In this document: in pieces, positions 8,790 through 18,716 of the stretch
Layout: each line of letters opens with the position of its first letter
Position numbering within the stretch: the first letter of the stretch is position 1
Assembly (NCBI GenBank): GCA_943788915.1
Contig: CALSSD010000006.1
Coordinates: 124,001 to 188,000, forward strand
From: an uncultured Acidimicrobiales bacterium
Lineage (GTDB): Bacteria > Actinomycetota > Acidimicrobiia > Acidimicrobiales > UBA10347
Reading direction: 5' to 3'
DNA: 64,000 bases
The notes under the pieces: model-generated
Told to the model about the DNA's origin: nothing
Databases searched by the model: none
What the model saw: only the letters and a program-made list of their open reading frames with translations
Translations under genes and position numbers: made by a program

Positions 8790-9767
8790 CTAACTCAAGA
8801 TGTTGAGTTCGTCTTCGTCGGTGGAGTCGAGCCATGCGGTGCCGGTGTCACAGTCACCCACGATTGGACACCAACGACAGACGATGCTGGGCCGAAAGAC
8901 TGGCGTGTCTTCGCCACTGAGCAGAGTCTGATGACGTTTGACTCCGGCGATAACCCGTTCGGCGGCGCTCCACAGCAGATCCTGAGACACGATCTCGACG
9001 CTCAGTCGCGATTCATCGAGGTAATAACTCGCCAGCGCCCGTGGGGGAGTGCCATATCGAACCGTCTCGATCAGAGCGTAATAACGGAGGTCATCGACAT
9101 GTGTGCGGCTGCGACGCCCGGTCTTCAGGTCGATGAATACTCGGCCGCTCCGATCGCCGGTGGGGCCGCCCAAGCTGAGATCGACCTTCCCTGACAATAC
9201 GAGCTTGCTGTTCAGGAATTCGTAACGTCCTCGGACCTCGACTGCTGGCCTCCACTGTGGTTTCGATCGCAGCGGAGGAAAACCATCGAGGAACGCTTGG
9301 GTTGCGTTCGCTGCGTCGCTTCGGAGCTGAGCCCGCTCGGCTTCGGGCAGATGCAGCAGGTAGTCGGCGATGGGGGAGCCGTCGTTTGTCAGTGTGGCAA
9401 TGGCTTGGTCAACGAGTTCGTTGGCAATCGGCACGGTGCGCCAATGGACCGACAGTTCGATCGCCTTGTGTGCAACGGTGCCCCTGGCGACCGGGACATT
9501 CCATGCGAACTCGCGCTGCAGCTCATGTAAGTGGCGGGCTTCACAGCCAAGAACCTGGCTGAGCAGGAACTTGCTGATGAACAAATTGTCGCCGGCTTCC
9601 AGGTTGTCTGCGACCCCCTGGAGCCCTGTCGTCAGCCGTTCGCGCAGACCTGCCGCGAGTCCGTCGGGGAAGACGGGACGTTGTTCACCAGTAGCGCCCA
9701 ATTCTTGAACCACACGCTCTTGTGCCTCGTTCAGGCCAAGAAGTGCGTTTGGTGTTGCTTCGCTCAC
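8790..9767 (-). CDS. PD-(D/E)XK nuclease (RecB-like)
   Basis: GTVAH, GKVDL..IDLKTG and C-terminal CRWCP..C motifs. Confidence 0.8.
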   Translation of the reverse strand: MSEATPNALLGLNEAQERVVQELGATGEQRPVFPDGLAAGLRERLTTGLQGVADNLEAGDNLFISKFLLSQVLGCEARHLHELQREFAWNVPVARGTVAHKAIELSVHWRTVPIANELVDQAIATLTNDGSPIADYLLHLPEAERAQLRSDAANATQAFLDGFPPLRSKPQWRPAVEVRGRYEFLNSKLVLSGKVDLSLGGPTGDRSGRVFIDLKTGRRSRTHVDDLRYYALIETVRYGTPPRALASYYLDESRLSVEIVSQDLLWSAAERVIAGVKRHQTLLSGEDTPVFRPSIVCRWCPIVGDCDTGTAWLDSTDEDELNILS

Positions 9768-9863
9768 ATATCGGACTCTAGGACGGAGTAGTCTTTGGGC
9801 GGTGTTACCGACCTCACGATCGGTCTATCAACCATCCGTGTACACACCGTGAGAAGGAGTTAC

Positions 9864-10652
9864 ATGAGCACGCCTCGCAAGCTGGGTGTCTTGTTCTGCC
9901 TGCTCGGTTTGGTCGCGGTTTGTGTGCTGGCCATCGTGCTGAACACCACTGGCCCCTTCGCTGGGCTACCTGGCATCGAGTCATCTCTCGAAGCCGAAGC
10001 CAGAGCCGTCGTTGCGAACGACGATGTGGTGATCATCGCCGACGGACGAGCGCTGAGTGTGCAACTGCCGCAGGTCATGCAACCGGGTTTCGACCGAGAC
10101 GAACTTGCGACTCGGCTTGAGGCAATCAGAGGTGTGCGATCGGTCGAGTTGTTAGGTGATCCGGCTATAGGTGCCATTGGGGCGCCGGATCCGACTGCTG
10201 TGCCTGCGCCGGATCCAACTGTTGTGCCTGCGCCGGATCCGACTGTTGTGCCTGCGCCGGATCCGACTGAGGAACCAGTCGCGGTCGAACCGACTCTCGA
10301 CGAGATTGTGGATGGCCTCGACCTCTCCGAGGTAACTTTTGAGCCTGGGACTTCACGGTTCACCGCTCAAGACATTGCTGTCCTTGACAACATTGCTGAC
10401 CACCTGCAGGGCCTCTCGGGCGGCCCGGTGCAGGTGCAAGCACACACCGACCGTGGTGGCGACCCCGACGTCAACTTCTTGCTTAGCCAGAACCGCGCCG
10501 ACGCAGTCGTGGCCTATCTGATTGATCGAGGGGTCAACGGTTCGTTGTTGACGTCTCGCGGCTTCGGCGCTCAGGTGCCGATCGCCGACAACGCAACTGA
10601 ACAGGGACGTGCCGCCAACCAGCGGGTTGTGCTCGTCGTTGAAGGGAACTGA
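9864..10652 (+). CDS. Membrane-anchored BON-like + OmpA-C domain protein (ArfA/Rv0899-like)
   Basis: AAGGAG RBS, N-terminal TM, DGR...GVRSV BON-like segment, Pro-rich linker, then OmpA motifs HTD..N..LSQNRADAV and GFG..P.ADN..GRAANQRV. Confidence 0.85.
   Translation: MSTPRKLGVLFCLLGLVAVCVLAIVLNTTGPFAGLPGIESSLEAEARAVVANDDVVIIADGRALSVQLPQVMQPGFDRDELATRLEAIRGVRSVELLGDPAIGAIGAPDPTAVPAPDPTVVPAPDPTVVPAPDPTEEPVAVEPTLDEIVDGLDLSEVTFEPGTSRFTAQDIAVLDNIADHLQGLSGGPVQVQAHTDRGGDPDVNFLLSQNRADAVVAYLIDRGVNGSLLTSRGFGAQVPIADNATEQGRAANQRVVLVVEGN
10182..10270 (+). repeat. 24-bp coding tandem repeat (APDPTVVP), about 3.7 copies
   Basis: GCGCCGGATCCGACTGTTGTGCCT units. Confidence 0.9.
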
Positions 10653-10653
10653 A

Positions 10654-13600
10654 ATGCTCTACACCGCACTCGAGATCATTGGTTGGCTCATAGCGGCTTT
10701 TGTGCTCGGTTTGTTGCTGATGTGGCTGCTCACCCGCGGCCGCAGCCCGGTGAGCCCACATGAGTGGGATGTCGCCCAGCGTGAGTTGAAGCAAGCCGAA
10801 GCTGATCGCACGTCGTTCAACAAACAACAGGTGCAGCTCACTGCCGACCTTGATGCCCGCACCCGACAGGTTGGCGAACTCGAAACAGCGATGCGAGCCC
10901 TCGAGGTGCAAGTCGAAGCCCAGACGACAGCACCAAATGCCGCCCACAGTGATGGAAATGGAGGCACCGATATCCACCCGGTCGCACATCTGGACGACAC
11001 CGGGCGGCCCGACGCATCCGAAACAGTGCGTCTTGAGACGTCGCAGATGCCAGAGATCGTGTTGCCAAGCACGGTCGATGAACAGGTCGAAACACCGGCA
11101 ATCGATGACACCGACGACTTCGACGATGATGACATGGCCAGCGTCGAGGTTTCTCCGTTGCTTGAAGCTGGCAGCAGCGCGCCAGCGGCGTCCGCTTCGG
11201 CCGACGTGGAAGATCTGCTGGAGCGCCTTGCAGCAACCCAGCAAGAGGCCAACCGTGTATTGGACCTCGAAGCCCGTATTGAAGAACTCACCCTGTCCAA
11301 CGCCGATGCCGAGGCCGCGATCTCCTCTGCATCGTCGGCCCGGATCACCGAACTCGAATCCGAAGTCGGACAGCTCCGCGGGCGTCTTGATGAGACCAGC
11401 GCGGTCGAAGGCCGGCTTGCTGACCTTGAGGTCGAAGCAGGGCGTGTTGCTGGGCTCGAAGCCCAACTCGAGGTATTGCGAGCCGAACGCGATGCCCAGC
11501 TCGAGGCAGCCTCGCCGGTCGACGAACATGGTGAGTCGCTGGCCGAGCTCGAACGAGAACTCGCTATGGCTCGGGCTGAGTCCGCTGCCGAGCTATCAGC
11601 GTTGCAGCAACGGGTTGCCGACCTGCAAGCCGATGCCGAGCGCGTGCACGAAATCGAGGCTGAACTCGAAGGTGCCAAGGCCGCCGCCGCAGAACGCGAA
11701 GGACAGCTCGAAACTGCTCGTCGTTCAGCGATCGAGCAAGAACAGCTGCTCGAAGCGGCTCAACGTCTGGCCAACGAACACAAACATGACCTCGAGGTCG
11801 CACGAGGCGAGGCTGCGGGGTTCCGTGCCCAGCTCGATGCCACGAACGGCCAGGCAGCTCAGCTCGAGGCATCACTCGGCGAGATGCGTGCGAACGCTCG
11901 ACCACTGTTATCTCCTTCCAATCAGGCTCGTATCGACGAGGTGCAGGCCGACCTTGAGCGGGTGCAGGCCGAGGCCGCTCTGCTCAATCAGACTGTTGCC
12001 GATATCGACGCCGGAACCAGTCCAGTCGAATTGTTGCGTCGCATCAATGAGTTGGAACTCCAGCTGGTTGATGCTCGACAAACCAGCGAGCAGTCTGCGG
12101 CCTTCCAATCCGAGGTGCTCACGCTACGGGCCGATGCGAATCGGCTTGCCGACCTCGAAGCCGAAGCTGCCGAGTTGCGCCAGCTTGCAGCCAAGGTTCC
12201 GGATCTTGAGCAGCGTCTGATCGATGCGCAAGAAGCCGTCGAGCGGGCCGACGATCTCGAAGTTCGTTTGCTCGCTGCAGTGACCGACGTCGAGGTGGCA
12301 CAAAGTCGCGCGAGCGATCTCGAAAACCAAATTGGTCAAGCGCAAAGCCGTGCCGCCGAGCTCGAAGGCCAGATTGCTCAGGCCCAGAGCCGATCAACCG
12401 AACTTGCTGCGCAGGTTGCCGAAGCTCAGAGCCGAGCCTCGACGTTCGAACAACAGGTCGCCGAGGCCCAACGTGCGTCCGAGACGGCATTAGCGGCGGC
12501 CGCAACCCAAGAGGTCCAGGCGCTCGAAGAGCAGCTTGGGCTGCTTCGTGCCGAATACAACGCGACGATCGAGCGGGCACAGAGCGCCGAGCAAGGTTTG
12601 GCATCAACCCATGCTGAGCTTGAAGCTGCGCAGGCACTTGCGGCTGACCGTGCCCACGAGGCTGCCGACGCCGAAGCAATGCGGGCTGAACTGCGGTCGG
12701 CTCGCGTCGACCTCGATCGTATGGCAGCGCTGCGGGCGCAAGTCACTGGTCTGCGAGCCGACGCCGAGAGCGCCGTTGCATTGCAGAGAGAAAACAACTC
12801 GCTGCGTCAAGAACAAGCGGAGCTCACGTCTATCCGCGCCGACCTCGACGCAGCACGTAGCGCGCTGGTCGCGGCTCGTTTGCGGGCCGACGAAGCCGAG
12901 GGTGCACTCGTGACCTCACGATTGAATGTCCAGCGAGCCGAGAAGGCACGTGCCGAGGCTCAAGACGACGCCGAACACGCCCGTTCTGTAGCGGGCGAAA
13001 GCCTGCAGATAGCTGCTGATCTGTCAGCAGCGAACGAGAAGCTGGCGACTATGCAACGTGAGTTGACGGCTGCCGTGGAGGCCCGTAGAGCAGCCGTCGA
13101 CGCCCAGGCAGCTGCAGCGGTCCAGGCCAAGCAGGTCGAACAGGACGCGATCACTCGTATTCGGGCCGCGGAGCGTTCTGTTGTCAAGACCCAGCAGGCA
13201 GCGGACAAGAGCGCAGCTCAGGCGATGAAGGCCGCCGAGGAAGCCGCTCGGGCCAAGAGTGCACAGGCAGCTGCTGAGAAACAGGTTGCCGACGCCGTGA
13301 AGGCTGCTGCCGAAGCAGCGGCTGCGATGAAGGCCGCTGAGCAAGCTGCGTCCGACCAGATGAAGGTGGCCGAAAGGGCCGCTGCCGAAGCCCTTCGGGC
13401 TAGCGAGAAGGCTCAGTCAGATGCGGTCAAGGCAGCAGCGGCCGACGTCCGCGCCGCACAGAAGGCCGCTGCCGACGCCGAGCGGGCTGCTGCTACCCAG
13501 GCCCGAAGCGCCGAGCGTGCTGTCGAACGAGCCAATAAGCTTGCCACGGCAGACGCAGCGTCCAAGCTGGCTGCCCGCGAGGCCACAAACCGAGCCCGCA

Positions 13601-13986
13601 GCGCCGAACGAGCGGCAGCAGCGGCAGAGAAGCGTGCCGCCACCGCTGCGTCAACTGCTGCACCTGCGAAGAAGGCCGTGGCCAAGAAGACTGTCGCGAA
13701 GAAGGCTGCTGCACCTGCGAAGAAGGCCACAGCCAAGAAGACGACTGCTCGCCGTCCAAATCGGCGCGACGACCTCAAGCTGATCAGTGGTGTCGGGCCA
13801 AAAATTGAGCGTATGTTGTATGCCCAAGGCGTGTATACGTTTGAGCAGATCGCCTCGTTCACCAAGGCTGACATTGCCCGAGTCGATGCCAAGCTTGAGA
13901 CCTTCCGAGGTCGCATCGAACGCGACAACTGGAAGGCGCAAGCCCGAGCCTTGGCCCGCCAGCGCAACAGTCAAAACAACGGATAG
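10654..13986 (+). CDS. Large membrane-anchored coiled-coil protein with Ala/Lys-rich region and C-terminal HhH-like (COG3743-type) domain
   Basis: N-terminal TM, long heptad-rich E/A/L/R region and PAKK repeats, ending in DDLKLISGVGPKIE..L...GVYTFEQIA..GRIERDNW. Confidence 0.85.
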   Translation: MLYTALEIIGWLIAAFVLGLLLMWLLTRGRSPVSPHEWDVAQRELKQAEADRTSFNKQQVQLTADLDARTRQVGELETAMRALEVQVEAQTTAPNAAHSDGNGGTDIHPVAHLDDTGRPDASETVRLETSQMPEIVLPSTVDEQVETPAIDDTDDFDDDDMASVEVSPLLEAGSSAPAASASADVEDLLERLAATQQEANRVLDLEARIEELTLSNADAEAAISSASSARITELESEVGQLRGRLDETSAVEGRLADLEVEAGRVAGLEAQLEVLRAERDAQLEAASPVDEHGESLAELERELAMARAESAAELSALQQRVADLQADAERVHEIEAELEGAKAAAAEREGQLETARRSAIEQEQLLEAAQRLANEHKHDLEVARGEAAGFRAQLDATNGQAAQLEASLGEMRANARPLLSPSNQARIDEVQADLERVQAEAALLNQTVADIDAGTSPVELLRRINELELQLVDARQTSEQSAAFQSEVLTLRADANRLADLEAEAAELRQLAAKVPDLEQRLIDAQEAVERADDLEVRLLAAVTDVEVAQSRASDLENQIGQAQSRAAELEGQIAQAQSRSTELAAQVAEAQSRASTFEQQVAEAQRASETALAAAATQEVQALEEQLGLLRAEYNATIERAQSAEQGLASTHAELEAAQALAADRAHEAADAEAMRAELRSARVDLDRMAALRAQVTGLRADAESAVALQRENNSLRQEQAELTSIRADLDAARSALVAARLRADEAEGALVTSRLNVQRAEKARAEAQDDAEHARSVAGESLQIAADLSAANEKLATMQRELTAAVEARRAAVDAQAAAAVQAKQVEQDAITRIRAAERSVVKTQQAADKSAAQAMKAAEEAARAKSAQAAAEKQVADAVKAAAEAAAAMKAAEQAASDQMKVAERAAAEALRASEKAQSDAVKAAAADVRAAQKAAADAERAAATQARSAERAVERANKLATADAASKLAAREATNRARSAERAAAAAEKRAATAASTAAPAKKAVAKKTVAKKAAAPAKKATAKKTTARRPNRRDDLKLISGVGPKIERMLYAQGVYTFEQIASFTKADIARVDAKLETFRGRIERDNWKAQARALARQRNSQNNG

Positions 13987-14043
13987 GTCCCACGAAGGCG
14001 AAGCCAGGTCGAGACTGTCACACCCCAGCGCGATACTGCTTGT

Positions 14044-14355
14044 GTGGTGGAGTCACAGTCAGTCCAATTTGGAGAAGCCGCTCGTTCGTTGGCATCACGC
14101 GCCAGGTCGCTCGAGCTCCTCACTCCGGTATTCAAATCCCCGCCCCGTATCGTCGGGGTAAGTCGCACGATTCGGCGTCGGTCCGATGGTCAGGCGGTGA
14201 TAGCGGTGGCGTTCCGAAGCCGGCCGTGGAACGCGGTGTTGGCCGACATGATCGATGGAATCTTGCATATCAACGAGCTCAGTGGCGCTGCCGCTTCTCG
14301 GGCTCGCGACGATCTGTGGGAGACCTTGAGCGACCCAATCGAGGCTGCGGCATAA
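14044..14355 (+). CDS. Hypothetical protein
   Basis: 103-aa ORF with normal codon usage that fills the gap before the tRNA. Confidence 0.6.
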   Translation: MVESQSVQFGEAARSLASRARSLELLTPVFKSPPRIVGVSRTIRRRSDGQAVIAVAFRSRPWNAVLADMIDGILHINELSGAAASRARDDLWETLSDPIEAAA

Positions 14356-14411
14356 GTCGGTGGGGCGATCCCGCGAATCACAGCGCCGAACCGCCTAACA
14401 TCTAGCTGCTC

Positions 14412-14497
14412 GCCCGGGTGGCGGAATTGGCAGACGCAGGGGGCTTAAACCCCCCAGAGGGGAAACCCTCGTACGGGTTCAAGTCCCGTCCCGGGCA
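14412..14497 (+). tRNA. tRNA-Leu (anticodon TAA)
   Basis: Acceptor stem GCCCGGG/CCCGGGC and D-loop GGAATTGGCAGAC. Anticodon arm GGGGG-CTTAAAC-CCCCC, long variable arm, T-loop GGTTCAAGTCC. CCA is not encoded. Confidence 0.97.
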
Positions 14498-14745
14498 CTC
14501 CGTTGTGGTCATCACAACACTTTCAGTGACACCGGTCGTCCTTAGACTAGACAGGTGACGCTTATGGATCGCTGCTTCGTAGTCGACTTTGCAGCGGTCC
14601 AAGTCACGCCGAAGAACAACGATGCCGGAGACCTGTGGGTGACGTTCCAATTCTTATCGGGACGCTAGGGCGCTATAGAAGCGAGGTCAAACAGCCGCTC
14701 CGACTCATAGTCAAGCTAGAAGCACCTAGCAATCCAACTCCAGGC

Positions 14746-15585
14746 TCAAGCGAGAGAGGCTTCGGAAGTCAACAGCGCCATCGGGCTGCCGACGTCAACG
14801 ACGCCAATAGGCCCGTGGGGTTTATAACCGAGTAGCTCCTGCACCCGGAGCGGCATAGTCCGAACCGCTTCAATCGGCACCGTGAGAAACGTATTTTCCT
14901 CGGTCCTGAGCCAGCCGACCACAAAGCCGAAGAACATGCCGCGTCGGTGTATGTCGGTGGTCGTGTTAGCTCCGCCACTATGCAGCGTCGATCCCAGATA
15001 GATCAGCGCCGAACCGGCTGGCATCTCGGCTTGGGTGATCTCATGTGGTTCCGCTTCGCGTTCCGGTTCCCACAGGTGACTGCCGGGAACGACATTGGTT
15101 GCCCCATTGGCCTTGGTGAAATCGGTCAGCGCAAACATTGCCTCGACCTCAAGCTGTGGCCGATCCTGTGGCATGTGGGGCCACGCCTCTTCATCGCGGT
15201 GGAGCCACTGCATTGTCTCACCTGGTCTGATCTCGATGAGTTGAGCGGTGTTGAGGAGATAGTCCTCGCAGTGCGGTTTAAGCCAGAGGTCGGCGACTCC
15301 CTGGAGTAGCGGCAACTGCATCAGCTCCAGAAAGCTCGGCGACTTGGCGGCCAGACCATCAAATCGGACCGTCGACGACCCATAGAACTGGACCATGTGG
15401 TCGCTCGTCGGGTTTCGCAGGCCGACGCCGAGCTCATCCACGAATCCATCGAGATCAGAGTTCAGACCATCCAGGATCTCGGCCCCGATTGCTTGTTCGA
15501 CAATTGCTGCACCATCGCGTTCGAGGATGGAGCTGACAGCTTCCGCAGTCGTTGTTGAACCATCCACATGCTCAAGACTCAACAT
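14746..15585 (-). CDS. Phytanoyl-CoA dioxygenase (PhyH) family Fe(II)/2OG oxygenase
   Basis: LHRDE, ALTDFT..NGAT..VPGSH and LHSGGAN motifs; GAAAGG RBS. Confidence 0.9.
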   Translation of the reverse strand: MLSLEHVDGSTTTAEAVSSILERDGAAIVEQAIGAEILDGLNSDLDGFVDELGVGLRNPTSDHMVQFYGSSTVRFDGLAAKSPSFLELMQLPLLQGVADLWLKPHCEDYLLNTAQLIEIRPGETMQWLHRDEEAWPHMPQDRPQLEVEAMFALTDFTKANGATNVVPGSHLWEPEREAEPHEITQAEMPAGSALIYLGSTLHSGGANTTTDIHRRGMFFGFVVGWLRTEENTFLTVPIEAVRTMPLRVQELLGYKPHGPIGVVDVGSPMALLTSEASLA

Positions 15586-15788
15586 CGATGCATGCCTTTC
15601 TTCCCAGACTGACTGGTATAGCATGGCACACGCTGGGTTCTGAAATGTCCGTTAGCACAAACCGCTCCCTCACGATCCTGGCTCAAGATTGAGGGTTCAA
15701 GAGCTGTCCACTTAGGTGCAAAAAAGTGTTGTCTATTGCACAACGGTACTTCGTCGTTCGAGGCACCTAGTATCGAGTCCTGCTGTTC

Positions 15789-16184
15789 ATGTTGAGCCTG
15801 CCCATCGCGTACGTGACAGCTCTGTCGCTGGTTGCGGTGATGGCAGCCGAACTCAGCTCAAAAAGCACACCGCAGCCTTCCCGGCTCCGCCGAGTACTCA
15901 TTTCCTTCGTCCTGCTTACGTGCCTTGTCGCAGCGCCTTTTCTCGCCGCAGCAACGGGCGATTGCCATCGCTGGCTGGTCAATGGCCGATCCGAAGGATG
16001 CCTCCACCACAGCGGAAGCTATCTCGACTGGAACTTCTGGCTTTGGGGAAGTGCCAACTGGGGCGTCGCTGGTGCGTCGTACGCTGCGGCGCGTGTAATG
16101 AATTGGGCGGAACGGCTGAGGAGCGACCCTGGAAGGCTCACGCTCGCATCAGATCCCCGATCTGGTCGCCTAGCTCAGGGTTAG
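15789..16184 (+). CDS. Hypothetical membrane protein
   Basis: Two to three hydrophobic segments; no recognised family. Confidence 0.45.
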   Translation: MLSLPIAYVTALSLVAVMAAELSSKSTPQPSRLRRVLISFVLLTCLVAAPFLAAATGDCHRWLVNGRSEGCLHHSGSYLDWNFWLWGSANWGVAGASYAAARVMNWAERLRSDPGRLTLASDPRSGRLAQG

Positions 16185-16269
16185 AGTAAGCGTTCACGAG
16201 GGGCACTCTTTGTTGACGCACGGTCAACTCGATGTCCTGGAATCGCTCGATATCGAGAGTCGTGTTCCG

Positions 16270-16677
16270 CTATAAGGCAGCGACCGTAACATGTGAATAG
16301 GAGGCTGCTAGCCGTGTCATGTCGGTGGCGTCGCCGGTGAGGATGACGCCACCACCTCGCTCGACAGCTGTGGCTACGCAGTGGGCATCGACCATGTCTG
16401 ATGAATCTGCCCCTGCAGCGGCGAGAACACCTCCGACGAATCTGGCGAATTCTCTGCTGGTGTCTTTGGTGAGTAGTCGGCCATCGCGATTCAAGAGTGC
16501 GTCGAGCGAGGCGTTCTCGCGAGCTCCGCGATAGAGCTCGGCAAGAACTACTGCCGGCACGAGGACTGGGCGTTTCAGTTCAATGGCGACCTGGATGGCG
16601 GCCCGAACTGAATCGATGTGTTTCTCGTCTGGCGAACGCAGGTTTGAGACTGCTTCGGCATCGAGGACCAGGATCAC
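16270..16677 (-). CDS. PIN-domain (VapC-like) toxin
   Basis: LVLDAEA, VPAVVLAE, VDAHCVA and ILTGD..D acidic PIN residues. Overlaps the antitoxin stop. Confidence 0.85.
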   Translation of the reverse strand: MILVLDAEAVSNLRSPDEKHIDSVRAAIQVAIELKRPVLVPAVVLAELYRGARENASLDALLNRDGRLLTKDTSREFARFVGGVLAAAGADSSDMVDAHCVATAVERGGGVILTGDATDMTRLAASYSHVTVAAL

Positions 16678-16901
16678 GCCATCAACTCTCGGTACTTGTC
16701 GAGGAGTGCAGGGTCGACCGGTCCAAGTTCGGCGTCGAAGTCGTCGAGCATCTCGCGAAGCAAGCGGTGCTGGCGGCGTAGCGCGATCGACTCGCTCACC
16801 GCCTGATTTACCTGCACCGAAACTGGCTCATTTGCGAGTTCCATTTCAGCAACAAGGTCAGCATCGATGCTGACCGTCATTTTCCGTTTCGTTACAGCCA
16901 T
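16674..16901 (-). CDS. Antitoxin (RHH/CcdA-like) of a type II TA pair
   Basis: KRKMTVSIDADL beta-strand start and acidic C-terminus. TAGGTT -10 box 6 nt before the ATG (leaderless). Confidence 0.8.
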   Translation of the reverse strand: MAVTKRKMTVSIDADLVAEMELANEPVSVQVNQAVSESIALRRQHRLLREMLDDFDAELGPVDPALLDKYRELMA

Positions 16902-16931
16902 ACCGACAACCTACCAAAGTAGGGCTCCATG

Positions 16932-17161
16932 TGGTCGAGGAGTGATCACCGTTGTGCCGGGTCACGTCGAAACACCGATCGCATCTATCCGTTCCAGGTG
17001 CTGTTGCCAGCAGACGAGACCGGACTCGACGTCGACTCCAAGGCCCAAGCCGAGCAAATTCGTTCCGTCGCGGTCGAACGCCTCGGCAAGGTGGTTGGTT
17101 CACTTGAGTTCGCAGTCGCGGAACAACCGGCCAGGCACTTCGCGTACATCTTGGCCTCTGA
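16932..17161 (+). pseudogene. mazF: MazF/PemK toxin remnant
   Basis: Across frameshifts it reads GRGVITVVP-VTS-NTDRIYPFQVLLP..TGL..DSKAQAEQIRSV..ERL...ALRVHLGL*. The 5' end is missing. Confidence 0.8.
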
Positions 17162-17339
17162 GTCAGGTTGGATCTAGGCGTTGTTGTCCGGGATGACATG
17201 CGCAGCTGCAGTAGTCGTCTCGCCCGCTGCCGGAGCAGTGATCATCGGCAGTGAACAGACAATCGCCGGGACAGCAGCCAACGCTGCAACTGCCAGTGCA
17301 GTGGATGCTGGGTCGTAAGCGACAACAACATTGCATGTG

Positions 17340-18393
17340 TCACGTCGGCGGATAGGTCGCCCATGTGCCGGTGTCGAAGTCGTGGACCTTGCATTGGCGG
17401 ACTGACGCCAGGTAGTCGCGCAGTCGGATCGGTTGTTCCTTGACCGTTTCCGGGAACGCTGCTGAGATCGCTCGGGCGGCTTCGGGCAGGTGATAACACG
17501 GAATACTCATGTCAACGTGATGGGGAACGTGGACCATGATCCAGTGGAAGAAGAAGTCCCACCCCGGCGGTCCATTCAGAATGGTGGTGCCTTCCATCTG
17601 ACCATGAAAACGGTTCCACTCGTGACGCGACCACCACCGAATATCCGGAGCAATGTGGTGCACATAGACCACCCAGCCAATCGTTTGGCAGAACAGCACA
17701 AACGGAAGAATCACCACCTTGACCCATAACCAGATACCAGATGTTCCAGAGATGAGAAGTAGCACCGCCAGGGTGGTTACCAGGAAACTCGTGACCAACA
17801 GCTTGTCCCGTCGCATCGGCTTCCGCCAGCGGTTGTGGGGTAAGTAGCGAACCATCTTGTTCCACCACACCTCGCGTTCGTAGTAGGCGCCCGGCTCCGA
17901 ACGGTCCCCATTCGAACCGATGTCGCGCCCGTGCGAGCCGGGACATTGACCGGTATTGCTCGGCGGTTACGGGATGCCACACAAAGTCGAATCCCTCTCG
18001 CAACGTGTGGCCATGGTGGACGCGGTTGTGACCGAAGATCCACAATTCAGTGGCGTGCAGCGAAGGAAGCATGGCCACACGTGCAACGACCGCGTTAAGA
18101 CGTCTCGAATCGAAGAGCGCCTTGTGGGCGGCGTCGTGTCCGATGACGAACAGGCTGGCCACAACGATCCCCGAGAGTGCCCAAAGCGGGAACAGCAACA
18201 GCCAGTTGTCGGTGCTGAGCAGGCCAGCGATGATCAGGAAGTACATGATGAGATCTCGCCCGAACAAGAACAGGCCGCGCGCCGTCGAACGTTCGTAGCA
18301 GCTCGATGGAATCACCCGCAGTACAGGTTTGAGGCCGGTGGGCTGTCGCTCCTCACCGCGAGAGGGTTCGGTGTGTGGCGTGGTGGCTGACAC
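17340..18393 (-). CDS. Membrane fatty acid desaturase (one +1 frameshift at ~17891)
   Basis: His boxes HDAAH, HNRVHH and HVPHH are split over two ORFs. Removing one base restores GAGAYYEREVWWNKM. Confidence 0.85.
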
Positions 18394-18716
18394 GAGTGCT
18401 TCCTGGCGACGTCAGATGGTGGGCGTAAACCCGGCGACCTGGTGCGGTCGACAGCGGCGATCATTCTGCAAACCAGCGGTGCGAGCTAGGGACCAAGGTC
18501 CTAACGCGAAGAGGTGCCCACGTGAAGAGGGCCTGGCGGGCACGGTGCTGGTGCAACGTTCACGTTCGTCAACCTTGGTGGTTTGCTGCTGTCAGCTACG
18601 TCGTCTGTTGAGCACATGCGGCCGTTGTAACCATGCGACCGGTTTAGACGTTGGCGGCGAGGCTCACTAAGTTCGTGGTGGCGGTCGCAACACAAGAACG
18701 CGCTGGGAGATCGATC

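Noticed and set aside
8790..9767. Cas4 or defence nuclease
   Set aside because: No cas genes or CRISPR array nearby; it fits a standalone RecB-like PD-(D/E)XK protein in housekeeping context.
14412..14497. bldA-style developmental control by tRNA-Leu(UAA)
   Set aside because: TTA codons appear in ordinary genes here (e.g. nucleotidyltransferase, OmpA, Ppx), so there is no evidence of Streptomyces-like restriction.
14412..17340. Intact integrative element at tRNA-Leu
   Set aside because: No integrase and no convincing duplicated tRNA 3' end; GGGTTCAAG near 15693 is too short.
18394..18716. Small ORFs or ncRNA between the desaturase and PhyH
   Set aside because: No recognisable motif or convincing structure; likely a divergent promoter region.
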